NCBI RefSeq assembly: GCF_037042905.1
Contig: NC_087245.1
Location: 17,920,001-17,984,000, forward strand
DNA: 64,000 nucleotides
Direction of reading: 5' to 3'
Source: Lytechinus pictus
Lineage: Eukaryota
Position 1 is the stretch's first letter, and every line of letters begins with the position of its first letter. This document shows, piece after piece, positions 13,201 to 26,260 of the stretch. A program made the position numbers and the translations under genes. Below the pieces are notes generated by a model, which did not search any database, had not been told where the DNA came from, and saw only the letters and a program-made list of their open reading frames with translations.

Positions 13201-15480
13201 TTTACTTAGATGTATTTTTTATTCTTTTTTTTTGGGGGGGGGGGCTTTTTAAACGCCTTGTAAAAATAAAAAAAACACAGAAAGCATATCCGATTAACTT
13301 GTTAATATTTAGATATAAAGTAAAAAGAAAATGAAAAAAAGAGACCTATTGAACATCTATATCTTTGGCAGATGCGAAAGAAGATCAAAGAAGTGATAAT
13401 AAGATTCACCCCCCCCCCCCGGTCCCCCTCACACATGCACACGCAAGCATGCATATCATAAAACCCATACAACAATCACTACTGAGGATGAGTACAAAAA
13501 AGGTTTGTTGTTTTTTTGCCCCAATAACCATTCAAATGGAGATTGTATGAGACGATCATTACAGCATTGTCCTTGTGTGATCTTCCAGTCATTACTCTCC
13601 ATTCGTGCACGGATTGGTCCAGGGACGTCGGAACATTTGGTATGTCTGTGGAGGGTTTTTGCGTTCCACATCATGCACAAACCGAATCTTAAAACCCTAC
13701 ACTCTAAACAATCATCAGTACTTATGAATACTTTTCTGTAACAATAAATACTGCAAATTGTGATTCATTTTCGCCTATATTATAGGACATGTAGGGAATT
13801 GACGTCGCATCAAAACCATTGTATTTATCAATAAATCATTTAAATCATGACTATTTGCATCAACACAGACATTATGTAACAAGATAGTGAAGCCAGACTA
13901 CTATTTTTGTGTTGCAGATATTATAGTTTGATACAAGCCTAAGTTTCCTTTCCGCATAAAAAGATCATATACCTGAACAGAGAGGGGGGTACTAATCATA
14001 TACATGACTACTTTGCCTCATTAACTTCTGAAGAAAAGAATATATACCTTGGAAGAAATGTGCAAAATATTAAGCAATATGAATTATTTATTTGAGTGCT
14101 ATTAAAAATTACTGAAGACATGTCGGTTTTATTAAAAGTACATTTGCAAGTCTCCATAACTTAGGGTTTCATTGTTTACCTCCTCAAGATCTGTTGAAGT
14201 AATTCAATATATTAATAAATCCATCTATTACTGCTATCATTTTTTTATTGCTGTCATTTTTATTTTCCTGTGCATATTTTCCCTTACCATTGAAATCCCA
14301 GAGTCCAATCTTATTTGTTCGTTGTATTCTCTGTTAAATGGTAAAATTGCAATTCTCTTTTCGCCTAGAATGTTTGTTTGCAACAAGAAGACTGTAGCAT
14401 GTATTTACTTGAAGTAAAGTGCGACTTAAAATGTTTAGTTCAGTGCGCCTGACTTAGATTTATACTTACACACAACTCAACGTCCTAACATACATCTAGT
14501 GAAAGTGGAGCGTTGTTACAAACAAGTGATGTGCTCGAATTGCGGAAGTTCTGAAAAGCTAAACTCTCTGTGAACCGATAAATCTTCTTAAGAAATAAAC
14601 CTACGTTGTGACTTACCTTAAAGCTAAGTGAAAACAAATAACAGAGCAGATTAGATCATTACACTCGTCTTGTTCCACAAAAAGAACACTAGGTGCTTTA
14701 CGATGCATGACGTAAAATCCATACTCTTGAGCTCTAATTCCAATTTGAGAGTTAATGAGTGGGGTCATTGTTCGGCATGGCTCAAGTAACAAGGTAGTAC
14801 AGGAATGAAATGTTCTCTTTGAAATAAGTCTTTGCAGTACATAGTGTCTTATTATTTTCAAAGATCGCGTTAATTTCAAGGGCCACTTCATCCCAAATGC
14901 ACCTTTGTTCCTTCCTTGACATGCTTGATGAAGAATAGTATGTAGAACTTATAGTGTTTACTTAACAAATCCATTTTTTTTTCGAATAGCTGAGTATTGA
15001 AATCTACTTTATATTAAGCAATAGGACGAATTTCAATAGGAAATGTGTTATCGATTTCGAATGTAAAGTATAATTTATTCTCAGGTATGGAATCGAGGCC
15101 GGGAGTTCTAACGCTGGTAGGCAGGACAATGCCAAGGCCGGCAAAATGAGACCCCGAGACCTACTCCAGCACAATCTTTTTATTTACAATGGCTTCCGCT
15201 ATACTCATATTCAATTGTTTTATTTTTTCTGTTTAAATGGGGAGGGGATTCACCATAGCACCAAGTTAGTTGGTAAAAGCAGAAGGATGAGAGAAACATA
15301 AAATGAAGGTCTGGCGAATACTCATGAAAAATACCAGTAAAATTCATTCCTAGTTTTAATCTAATTTCAATAGTTCTTCATGTTAAGTACCTGGCAGAAT
15401 GACCTCCTTAAAAATTGACATATTATTGTGTTGTTTTAATTTTGCTGCAGTGGTATCATTGATGACGTTATGATGAGATC

Positions 15481-15586
15481 ATGGCCTCGGGATATCGCAA
15501 CCAGAATCTGGTCACTATTCTCGTTATCATCACGTGCAGCGCCACCATTTCCGTTCTTCTTTCTCTAGAATTCTCAAACAGACATG
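15481..15586 (+). CDS. Sulfotransferase A coding exon 1 (cytoplasmic tail + transmembrane anchor)
   Basis: MASGYRNQNLVTILVIITCSATISVLLSLEFSNRH; donor G|GTAAAT at 15587; acceptor TTTTGCTGCAG ending at 15450 suggests a spliced 5' UTR. Confidence 0.8.
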
Positions 15587-17679
15587 GTAAATATATACAC
15601 AATACATCTGCTTATTTTTCACAAAAACGGTTTAGTTTTAAACTTGGAGATGACGTCGCGGTCCTCATGATTTCACACTTAAATTACATTTATTGATAGA
15701 TCAATCTGTCTGGTTAACCCTTTAAAGTATTTGATAGTTGAAATATAATACTAGCTGCGAATTTCGTGGCTCGTATTCTTTAAGTTTGTCTATTCAGATC
15801 AGAACCGAAATAATCAAAGTTAATTGGTCTGTATGTTCTGATGAAATATTCATGTAGAGATAAGTTGACGTTCTAAACTGAAGAGATCAGCTGCCAGAAC
15901 TGCTAATTTTATTTCATCTTTAGGGTATGAAATTGCCCGTAGCAGCACTAATGGAAGATGCAAACAACTCAATAAGTGATTGATATTTTGGTTGTAATTG
16001 ATTTCAACACATTTCTTTCTGCGCAGTGTCTGTGACTTCGATGACAAAATGCGTATGCAGTGAGACAAAATGGAGATCAGAAGTTCTTGAAGAGGATCGG
16101 ATTCGAAGAGAGGCAGAAGGCGGGTTAGTGACCGTACAGCACGAAGAGCCGCCGCCATGGATGCATATAAAACGAGGGGTAAGGTCCGGGTTCGAATCTT
16201 ACTCTAGTGATAAAGCCAAGACATAAATACTATATAATAATAATTCTTATTTACCCAGAGTAGCCATTTCAATCATTAGCTGATTTTCAAGCGGTCCCTA
16301 TGTGACAAAATATGTTATCATTTCCCTTCTCCTTTCTTAGAAGTCGAGCGCCTGACAAAAAGCCACAAGTCTTTCAAGCATAATGATAAGAATTACAAAG
16401 AGAAATAGGATTTATTTACAGATAGTAGTTTGTGTCTTGCATAAAAAGCTCTTAAGAGAAACGGTAAAGAACATAATTATTTAGTGTTAAACAGAAAGGA
16501 GGAGATTTGAGGATTTGAAGAAAAAAACGAGGAAAGAAAAAGAAGCGAAAATAATACAAGAAATCTAAGGAAGAGGTAGAGAAGATGATATAAAACGATA
16601 GTTTATTCTGAACGAGAACGAGAGTGAACGAGAGGTTGCCTGTAAATCATAGTCAATTGGTCGGTAATAAGCTCCTCATGTGCCTAAAGAAAGGGTGAAG
16701 GGTTCTTTAAAAACATCTATAGTATATCAGAAGGGAAGCATTAATGTCTTAATAATATATATTTATTTCAATCATTTTCATCTTTTTTTTACAGGATTTG
16801 GAATATCCAACGTATTCTGAAAGTCTTGCCGCAATCCAGCCTCGTCGAAAGCAACACTTGAACAACATGTGCCACAAATCCTTGCCAATGAACCACCCCC
16901 ACCACATCCACAACGAAACCCTAAAACATTTATACGTCAACGAAAAATACAAGTTTGTCTATTGTTCAGTTCCTAAAGCTGGTTGTACGAACTGGAAGCG
17001 AGTTATGATGGCCATCAATAACTCATCGCTTGATGTCACCAGTATATCACGTGACGATGCTCACCATGGCAACATGAAAACTCTGATAGATTACCCTGAA
17101 GATGAGCGGAAGCGTATTCTCTCGCACTACCAAAAGTTCCTTTTCACTCGAGACCCGTTTGTTCGTCTCCTTTCTGCCTATAAAGATAAATTCATGGGGA
17201 TTCGGAACCTTGAATGCGAGCGCCATAGCTATTACTTCAAGAACATCGCTGCGGATATCATGTCAAGGTTCCGTAAGAGCGTGTCACGTAAGACTCTACA
17301 AAACGGAGAAGGTGTCCGATGGACGGAATTTATTCGATATATTATCAATACCAATGATCGGATGCAACTAAATGAGCACTGGCAGTCTACGAACTCACTC
17401 TGTGCGCCATGTTCCATCAGTTATGATTACATAGGAAAGTTGGAAACGGTACGTGAGGACAGTGCGCGATTGCTCCGCCGATTTGAAATTAGGGATAAGC
17501 GTATCTTCTATCCAAAATCGAATAACCCAACCCGTCGAGATTCTGCCGAATTCTATGATGCTTTCGGAACTATCACGATAAATGAACTAAGAGAGCTTTG
17601 GAGTATATATGAAATAGATTTCCTTCTTTTCAACTATACGCAACCACAGTTTTTAACGAGCAGTATAAAAGAAAAATAA
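15481..17679 (+). CDS. Carbohydrate sulfotransferase A (CHST11-like, Sulfotransfer_2 family, type II Golgi membrane protein); join(15481..15586,16027..16178,16795..17679), 380 aa
   Basis: Three exons join in frame via GT-AG introns (phase 1, then phase 0). N-terminal hydrophobic anchor LVTILVIITCSATISVLLSL. Catalytic exon has 5'-PSB motif YCSVPKAGCTNWKR, 3'-PB motif FTRDPFVRLLSAY, then NEHW..LCAPC..YDYIGKLET and C-terminal YEIDFLLFNY. Exact orthologue within CHST8-14 cannot be assigned by eye. Confidence 0.92.
16027..16178 (+). CDS. Sulfotransferase A coding exon 2 (stem region)
   Basis: Acceptor TTTCTTTCTGCGCAG, donor GGG|GTAAGG; phases match both neighbouring exons; VSVTSMTKCVCSETKWRSEVLEEDRIRREAEGG... 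Confidence 0.8.
16795..17679 (+). CDS. Sulfotransferase A coding exon 3 (catalytic domain)
   Basis: Acceptor TCTTTTTTTTACAG; open frame of 294 codons with PAPS-binding motifs; stop TAA at 17677-17679. Confidence 0.95.
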   Translation, partial: DLEYPTYSESLAAIQPRRKQHLNNMCHKSLPMNHPHHIHNETLKHLYVNEKYKFVYCSVPKAGCTNWKRVMMAINNSSLDVTSISRDDAHHGNMKTLIDYPEDERKRILSHYQKFLFTRDPFVRLLSAYKDKFMGIRNLECERHSYYFKNIAADIMSRFRKSVSRKTLQNGEGVRWTEFIRYIINTNDRMQLNEHWQSTNSLCAPCSISYDYIGKLETVREDSARLLRRFEIRDKRIFYPKSNNPTRRDSAEFYDAFGTITINELRELWSIYEIDFLLFNYTQPQFLTSSIKEK

Positions 17680-17754
17680 AGCAATCAGCTGTATCTGAAC
17701 CAGTTGCCTACTGAAAATTTGTCATCCATGTAAAAAAAAAAATTGGAATTCCAG

Positions 17755-19072
17755 CAGTGGCGTAGCTAGGATTTTTTCCTGGGGGGGGGGGGGGGCACTG
17801 GGGGTCCTTGCTTTTTCAGGGGGCACCATTTTTCTGGTGTGTGTGTATGTGTCACAAGGGCGGATCCGACTTTCGCCAATAGGGGACGGGGCCCGAAATT
17901 ATCTTCACCTATATTTTCCCCGATCAGTCACTTCTTAGTTTTATTCTTATAAAACAACATAAACATGAAATAATCTCATAAGCCTAGCGATTTTTTTTTA
18001 CTTACATGTATTTTGTCCTGTAAATTTAATATTCTGGGCAATGTTATGTGTGATCCTGAACAAGATTCGTATGTAACTAGATGGTTACTGCGAACGCCAA
18101 GCGGGAGCAGAAATTTTCATTAACTGTTCTAGCATTATCGAAAAGGGACCTGTTAAGGACTGCTTACAGTTACCCACGAAGACGGTATATATTTCAATAA
18201 TGCGACCGCGAAGCGCGAGCAAAATTTTTTGACATTCCGACCTAAAAATGTTAATTTTAAGCACTTTTTGTATTAATAAATGGGATAGGTATGTAACTAA
18301 ACAATTGATGCGAAAAGTTGAGATTTTAGACCTAAAAGTGGGACACTCTATATTCATATTTTGTAAATCATAAATAGGATATAGTTAATTGGGTATATCA
18401 TTAATAATGCGAACGTGAAGCGTGAGCAGACAATTATTGATATTCTGATGTGAAACTGGATAATTTAAGTACATTTTAAATAAAGAACATGCAGGCTATC
18501 GCGCATGTTTTAGATTTAGACCTAGAATCAGGGCATTCTGAATACATTTGTTTAATGGAACATTATGAAATACACGTAGACAATAGGAACTTGGCAAATC
18601 AAACAATGTGACCACGCACCGTGAGCTTAAAATGCTGATATGTAGACCACAAAACGGACATTTTACAGAGCACTTAAATTTGTAAATGAAAAAAAATAAT
18701 GAAAGCTCGATATCCGAGCTAAAATATGTTTTGTATATTGACTTCAAAACTTGCTCCATATTAGCCTATTGAGCAAGATATGAATCTCATCGAACAGGCA
18801 ATTCTGGCGCGAAGCGCAAGCAAAAATGTTATGTGGTAACATGACAGATTTTTTTTTGGAAGTCTTCCCCTCACATTATTTCATTCACTCGTCTTCCTCC
18901 TCTTATTTTCCTCTTTTTTCTTCTTCTTTCTTTCTTCTCTTCATTTTTTCTTTTCTTCTTTCTCCTTTTTTTTTGCTCTGCCAATTTTTTTCAGGGGGGC
19001 ATCTAGGGGGCACACCAAATCTCAGGGGGGCACGTGCCCCCCCCCCCAGGGCCCCCCGTAGCTACGCCACTG
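17755..19072. mobile_element. hAT-like non-autonomous composite element, 75 bp after sulfotransferase A stop
   Basis: TIR CAGTGGCGTAGCTA / TAGCTACGCCACTG; perfect TSD AATTCCAG (17747-17754, 19073-19080). Confidence 0.9.
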
Positions 19073-20667
19073 AATTCCAGACCGCAGAAGTCAATGTTTG
19101 TTTAATGAAATGCGAACTCTTACAATCTGTATGTTCCTGCTGGTTTTTTATTAAGATAAAACGAAATGCTGAAATGACAATCGCCTTCTTTCGGTCTTTA
19201 ACGTGAATGCATCGAGTTACTGTCAGTTTTCAAATATGATTATTGTTACATGGAGTACCAATTTCTATTTTTGTCGTCATACAATTCTTTACAGGACCTG
19301 TTTATTAACATGAACAGAATAATGGATGTTTCTTATAAAAATGACAATGGATATCATCTTCATTATCTAATTAATTGATATAATTGTCGCTATGCGATCG
19401 ATAAGCTCGATTTACTACTTTGTTTGAAGGTATTGAACTTACCTTGTATCGTTTTAATTGTTTGTAATCTATCCAGTATTGGAATTTTGTATTAAGTTAT
19501 TCTTTATTATTTTTCACAGTGCAATATGAAGGATTTGGTATATATCTTAATTAAGTTTATTTTTCCCAACAACTAATACAAATAATGTTATACCTAAGTC
19601 TCTGGAAGGGGTATTTAACAAGAAATTTGACAATGATAATCATATTTTACTGATATATGTAAGAAATTTGATTAACCTCAACCTAAAATGCTACACCTGC
19701 TACTCTTAGCGAGTAATCATTACTCGTCGCTTATGTTTTGGAGCATAATGTACGAATTGGAACATTCTGCATATTTGGCCATTGAGCTCATTTTCTCACT
19801 CTGATGTTCTTTACAGGGCTAATAATCCTCACTGTTCAAATAATTAAGAGTGACTTTTAAATAAACTAGAGATTGATTTTTTCAGTTGAATACGGATTGT
19901 TATTCACAAGGCAACATACGATTTTTATGATTTTGAAGCAAACCAGCATGCATAAAAAAAGAATTGTAGATTTAATTCATCTATTCAGTATTTCAGCAAC
20001 AGAGAACACTAAATACTAGTATTCTTACCAATCCAAATCTGATCATTCCTATGGCAAATCCCCAAAACCGACTGGCTTCAATTCTTTTCAATCTCTTGAG
20101 CAACCGTCTTGAGAACAATACCCCAACAACATTACCTCACCTGAAATGTTAAAAAAAACATCTGAAAACCTTCCTATCCTTACTCGCATTATGGCTTAAA
20201 CAGCGCATTGTATCCTCTGTAAAATGTGTTGCATGGTATAAATCTAATTTAAGTACCATACATCTTTGTTCTTATAAGATATAATTTGGGGTTTGTTTTA
20301 GACATCGTTATCAAATATACCGTCTAATGTTATTGCCTTCAATGATTTTTATATGACATACATAACTGAAAAGACTCATTTGTGGTGGTCGGTTTTACTA
20401 AATTGGAATTTTAATTCTATCAAGACGTACCCATAGGTATATCATTTGTGCTTTATGAGAAGGATATATAGAGATTTATTTGTGTTTATGAGAGAGTGCT
20501 ATACCAAATGGATATATTTGTGATTACAAACTCCGTGTAAGAAGCTGTGTTTCAATAACGATCTTGATACCACCAAGACACATTTTGATACTATCGATTT
20601 TCCATTGTTATCAAATTGTTTCAGTGAATAAAATCACCATTATTGATGTTATCATTATTATGAGTAT

Positions 20668-21015
20668 TATGGTTATCATTACTGTAATTATTATCTATAA
20701 TTATCTTTAATTATCAATTTGTTTTGATATCTATTATTGATGATGTATCATCATTAATTTTATATTTTGTTAAATATAATTACACTATTATTGTTAAATC
20801 ATTATTATCAATATAATTTTATCCAATGATATTATTCATTATATGGTTATCATTACTGTAATTATTATCTATAATTATCTTTAATTATCAATTTGTTTTG
20901 ATATCTATTATTGATGATGTATCATCATTAATTTTATATTTTTAAAATATAATTACACTATTATTGTTAAATCATTATTATCAATAGAATTTTATCCAAT
21001 GATATTATTCATTAT
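20668..21015. repeat. Tandem duplication, 2 x 174 bp, very AT-rich
   Basis: TATGGTTATCATTACTGTAATTATTATC begins at 20668 and 20842; only a few mismatches between copies. Confidence 0.9.
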
Positions 21016-22779
21016 ATTTATTTTTTATTTATTATGATTATACTCACTGGCGTAGATTCAAGCAGCGTAAATATTTTCCGGAAACGGTTTAGTGTATCTC
21101 CCACCCCTATAAAAGCTTTTATGACTATCACCATCACTGCTGTTGTAATATATACCTATCTTATGCAATTATTTCTTCCGGAGATCCAGCTTAATAAATA
21201 CATTTATATGAAAGATATTTCAAGTTGAGTTTTGTTTGAATTTATTTGTGACTTATGGACATACGGGATTGTCTAATCTGGTGATCCGAGAGAGTAAGTC
21301 TAGTTGCAAAAAAATACAGATAAAGTACATATTATTATACCAAGATAATTGGGGAAAATAACTAAAACAAGCTCTAGCTCAATTACTGTATCTTGTAATA
21401 TTCAACTACGCGGTGTCGCACAGAACCAAATGTGCGAGTATCGTCACATAAAACGTTTTACATATATAAACTCTGGGGTAAATAATAGCCATTGACAATA
21501 ACACATTTAAAATCTCTGACAAAAAAATGCCATTTCATTAATCGCGCTAATCTATGCGTAATTTATGTTTGAAAACGGACGTTTTGCTCCAAGTCGTTTA
21601 ATTTCTATTAACAAATCATTCCAGATGACAGATTATTCGTATATGATAATAGTTCCAGCATGGTTTCTTGTTGGATATATATTCACATAACGGTTAAGAG
21701 TGAAAAAATCGTTTAAAATGTTCGGTAGAGGAGTCATTTCTTGTTTTTTTTTTCCTAAGTATAAAAACACGCGTATCTTCAGAAACGAAAAATTAGTCCT
21801 AAAAGGTGCACAGGCAGGGAGGGGGTAGGAGTGGCCGAAGGAAAAGAAGTGTAACATTACAGACAGACAGGGGTGTATCAGACATGAAAAATCTATACAT
21901 GTGCGTTATATCTAACCTATGACATACATTTAAACAAATAAAAGAAAACAAAGTAGTGGCATATTTGAAAGCCCCAACCCATTTTTTTTTTTGGGGGGGG
22001 GGCTTAAATTGCTCACATCACTGAAAGTGTAATTTCGGATTTCATATTCAGTATTCCAAGATAATTGATTACAAATTTTGATCGCATGCGTGGGAGCAGT
22101 GGCGGATCCATGATCTGACCCGTGACCCCCCTCCCCCCCCCCCCCCCCCCCCCTCCTTGAGAGCCATAACAGGTATTTGTTAGGGGGAAATGTCGTGCAC
22201 GAGGACATTTTATTTGTATTGTTTTTGTTTCTGGTTTGTCAATTTTTTCCTGACATAAATCAACATCAATTCGTAGTGAAGACCCCCCCCCCTCTTTTTT
22301 TTTGGGGGGGACTGTTGATTTCTTTCTGTACACAAATGCCCCTCTTTTGGATTTTTTGGAAATCATTGGATCTGATTAATCTTAATTTGTACATACGGTC
22401 AGTATCACCGAGTGTGATTTTACTAAAAACAACAATATAAGAATAAATGAATAATAATAATAAAAGCAAAAACAATAACATCGACAGCAAGAAGACAGAC
22501 AGCGACTTCAGATTCACAGACTACCCAATATTGTGGGTTTGTCGTAGATGGGGTAAATCCAAAGTTTTGTCGTAAAGTAAAAGTCTGACTTGTCAGACGG
22601 TTGATTCGCTAAGAAGTCCAGGTGTCGGACTGAACTACGTAATTGTCTGATAAAATATCCGAAAAGTTTTTTTTTTAAACGCTCCCAAGGTCTTCAAAAT
22701 TGTCATCGTCATCCACATCCGCATCACCTACATCTTCAATATCAGAATTATTTTTTAACGAAAAAACATACCCTGCTTT

Positions 22780-22900
22780 CATCATCCTCATCAATATCAT
22801 CATCAGCAGAAGCAGCAGCACCACCACCCACCACCTCAACCACCACCACCATCATCATCATCATCACCCTCATCACAATCATCATCATCATTACCACCAT
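22780..22900. repeat. (CAT/CAC)n degenerate microsatellite
   Basis: Visible trinucleotide run. Confidence 0.9.
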
Positions 22901-24569
22901 AATTATGCTTATTAATGCAGTTCTTATTTTGTTATCATACAAAGTTTGATGGACCATCATAAATCATTAAAGGAAAATTCATAAATTTCTTTAATATCAT
23001 CTATCATACCGTAGAAATGTATAGGCCTATACAAGTTTTGTATTGACATGAATGTAGAAGAAAATTAAAACGGATACATCAATGCACTTGGAAACTTGAA
23101 GGGACGTTCCGGGGGGATAGGGAGGGGAACGGGTCGTACGAAGAAAGAAGTCAAATTGAGTAAAAACATTAAATATAGGAAACTTTATAATACTCCCATT
23201 TTCCTATTTTCACCACTCGGAGAAAGATACGTCATATCCAAATCCTCTTGTCCCTTTTCAGAGTCCTTTGCCATCCCATGCTAGAAAGAAAAACAACCCC
23301 CCCCCCCCCACTCCCACCCTCACAACATGCCCAATACGGTATAAGAAATTATGTTCAAATACTTGATAAATAGTTAACAATTACAGTACTTGTTCACTAA
23401 TGGGTGCGTTCTTTTGAAACGACTGGGGAAAAAATGGATTGCGGAGTTACCATTTTTTATTTCCACTCACCCGAAACCGATCCCTCGATATTCATATTGC
23501 CATTGAATCAAATCATTCTAATCAATAGAGCCCCAATATAATGAATAGTCTCGAGAATTCCGATCATAGATTTTGATATTCAAAGGCCAGTCGACTAGAC
23601 TCGTATTGTAATTTCCTGGTGTGCGATCACATATAGAGGAGGTACACCCTGATGCAGGAGTAGGATAGCGTACTGCCATTTACTATTGGCTTGTCAACAT
23701 GGTGAAGACGAGAGCCCAGGGCGAGGTGCTATATGCATGATAATGTATTGAGTAAGTTGAAATATTTTAAATTCGTTAACGATTAAAACACTGCGTATAA
23801 TTATATTTACAGCTCTTTTTAAAGAATAATCTGATTTGTCGAGTCGTGAATGCACATTGACTCATCTTTAACAAACTGCTTTTGTTTGTTTGCAAACTAT
23901 TCATACTTGTACCAATACAAATTGTGTTTGATTGTTTTATTTTCGATTACCCAATATCATGAACGCTCGCAATTGATGCATCAGAGTGCTGCCGCCTTTA
24001 TAGACCCTCCATGAGGGACCTGAAAATTCACTTTAATACCTTGAAAAACTTACACAATATTCTTGAATTTAGCTCTTACGATGTCGATTTTCTATTCATG
24101 ACATTCTCACGGGAAATTTATAAGTTTTTTAAAGTATTAAATCTCCTGCATTCATTTAGATTATCATTTTGCAAAATGTATAATACATCTTGTTATTTGT
24201 TTTCACTGCTCACATTACGACTATTATTATTTTGTTACATATCACCTTAGTATAATTTGAGTTCTGATACCGATGTGAATGCAGAAATGAAATGAAATGA
24301 ATTCAAATCAAATCAAATTTGGCTTTTCCTTGCCTTTCAGCAGATTCAATCGCGTCAATAAATATGGAATCTTTTGGAAGTCATTCAAGTATAGGCCTAG
24401 GCTTTAGGCAAAGTCAATCTTTTGAAAAGAATAATTTATACTGATGTCAGGTATACATTATACTTATTTTTTATTTTTCATCTTTATACCACTTTATTCA
24501 ATGTTTGTGTATTTACCCCCAAATCATTGATCATTGCCTTTCAGAATTATATCTGTTTAGCATGTTTAG

Positions 24570-25323
24570 AGGAGAAGTTCAGCCTGGCGACAAGTCTGTT
24601 GTAAAATTACTAGAAAAAAATAATTGAAAATATACATTAACGATTAAGAAAGTTGTTTGAATTTTAAGTTTTTGATTTGTGACGTCATGTACGAGCAGAT
24701 GTCCAGTATCTTATGTAATATAAAATGCATAAATTTCATTTTCAAAAATCGATTCACATTCAGATTCATTTCTTTCACACCTATTTAAACACACAAATAC
24801 ACACACTGCAAAAACTCCGGTGTTGACTTAACACCAGCCTAGAATCTATATATGTCCACACCAAAGAAGTATTGAAACAACACCAGTTTGGAATCAAACC
24901 GATGCTGTTTTAATACTAATTGGTGTTATATAAACACATATCTGGTGTTAAACCAAAAAGAAACTGGTGTTGTTTAACACTTCTCTGGTGTGGACATAAG
25001 ATTCCGGGCTGGTGTTAAATCAACACCAGAGTTTTTGCAGTGCATGATGACTAAACATGTTCTTCTTTCAGGAACGGGTGTGAAATAATTCGTCTTTTGA
25101 TATATACTGAAGGTACAATAAAACCATGTTCATTTTTCTGAGAAAATGACATTTCATTTATTAAAAAGAAATACATGGGAAGCTGCTCGCATATGACGTC
25201 ACAAATAACAAATTTAAAATTCTAACTTTTCAATCTTAAATGGATTATCCTCAAACCTTCACCACTATTTTTTGGCTATAGTTTTCTATTTCAATTAAAC
25301 ATTTTAGTCAGGGTGAACTTCCC
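24570..25323. mobile_element. Old TIR element (Kolobok-like ends) interrupted by a younger MITE
   Basis: GGAGAAGTTCAGCCTG ... CAGGGTGAACTTCC termini; inverted TTTGTGACGTCATGTACGAGCAG / CTGCTCGCATATGACGTCACAAA. Confidence 0.65.
24804..25042. mobile_element. CACT...AGTG MITE (CACTA/CMC-like), nested
   Basis: TIRs CACTGCAAAAACTCCGGTGTTGACTTAACACCAGCC / GGCTGGTGTTAAATCAACACCAGAGTTTTTGCAGTG, flanked by CA on both sides; internal AACACC repeats. Confidence 0.85.
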
Positions 25324-25344
25324 AGTTCCAATGACGCTCTTTAC

Positions 25345-26260
25345 AAGATAGATGATAGATAGATAGATAAATGGTTTATTAATAAAATCAAGACATCATC
25401 GCGGCTAAGGCCGAAATGCGATGTATTACAAGGTAATAATGTCAAAAAAATATTCAAACAATAACATAGATAATTACAAAATAAATATTACGGATAAAGT
25501 ATTGTATTGAAACTAATTGTGTTGTGGAATTCTAGAAAGAAATATTAACTGAAAGTGAATCGTGTGTCTGGGAAATGAATAGTGTGTATACAATTGTAGT
25601 ATTCAACTATAATAAAATCGGAAATAATTAACAAATTAACGGGAAACATTAAACAAATTGGCAAGAGGTATTTCAAATGACGAAAACATAAAATGATAAA
25701 GGAATAAAAACGATATGATTCATGCATGTGCTATTATGAGTTTATGAAAAAGTAGATAGCGTATGTGTTAATAATTCGTTTAGTATACTACCAGTTTCTT
25801 TAAATTTTACGTTTATTGATTTCAAATAATTACCTATTAAAAAAATAAGTTATCTATTAAACACAAACATAATTACATAATGAACAAATCCTTAAATCAG
25901 TGAAAAATATGAAGATTGTGGTCAGAAGCGTTTCCTGGTGTACAAACAGATTTGAATAATAGAGATATACTGGCGGGAAATAAGTAAAACAGTGATGCAT
26001 CCGGTATAGTTTCCTTTACAATGTTTCCTTATCTTTGATGGCAATTGTATTAGGCCTATCATGGACTTGAAGTGAAAAACTATTTTTAATTACCCTGTGC
26101 TTTGTTTAAGTTGTCTGTATTATAACATTCGGTATATGTGCCAAGATGGTAATTTATGTAATTTATGCAATTTGATGATGACGAACAGCATTTGTATACT
26201 CGCCATTTATCTGTAAAAAAAAATAATTATGGAAAAAAAATTAATGAATACATGAACTTT
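25345..26260 (-). mobile_element. Possible decayed LINE 3' end
   Basis: (TATC)n tail with AATAAA on the minus strand and residual coding-like sequence; no intact domain. Confidence 0.3.

Noticed and set aside
10515..13741. Short ORFs and exon-like patches upstream of sulfotransferase A
   Set aside because: No recognisable domain and no phase-consistent exon chain found.
22700..22960. His-rich ORF (also 48249-48552)
   Set aside because: Translations of CAT/CAC microsatellites; no splice or domain support.
23600..23760. Candidate non-coding 5' exons ending in GTAAG (also near 12088 and 34603)
   Set aside because: Donor-like motifs alone cannot support an exon without transcript data.
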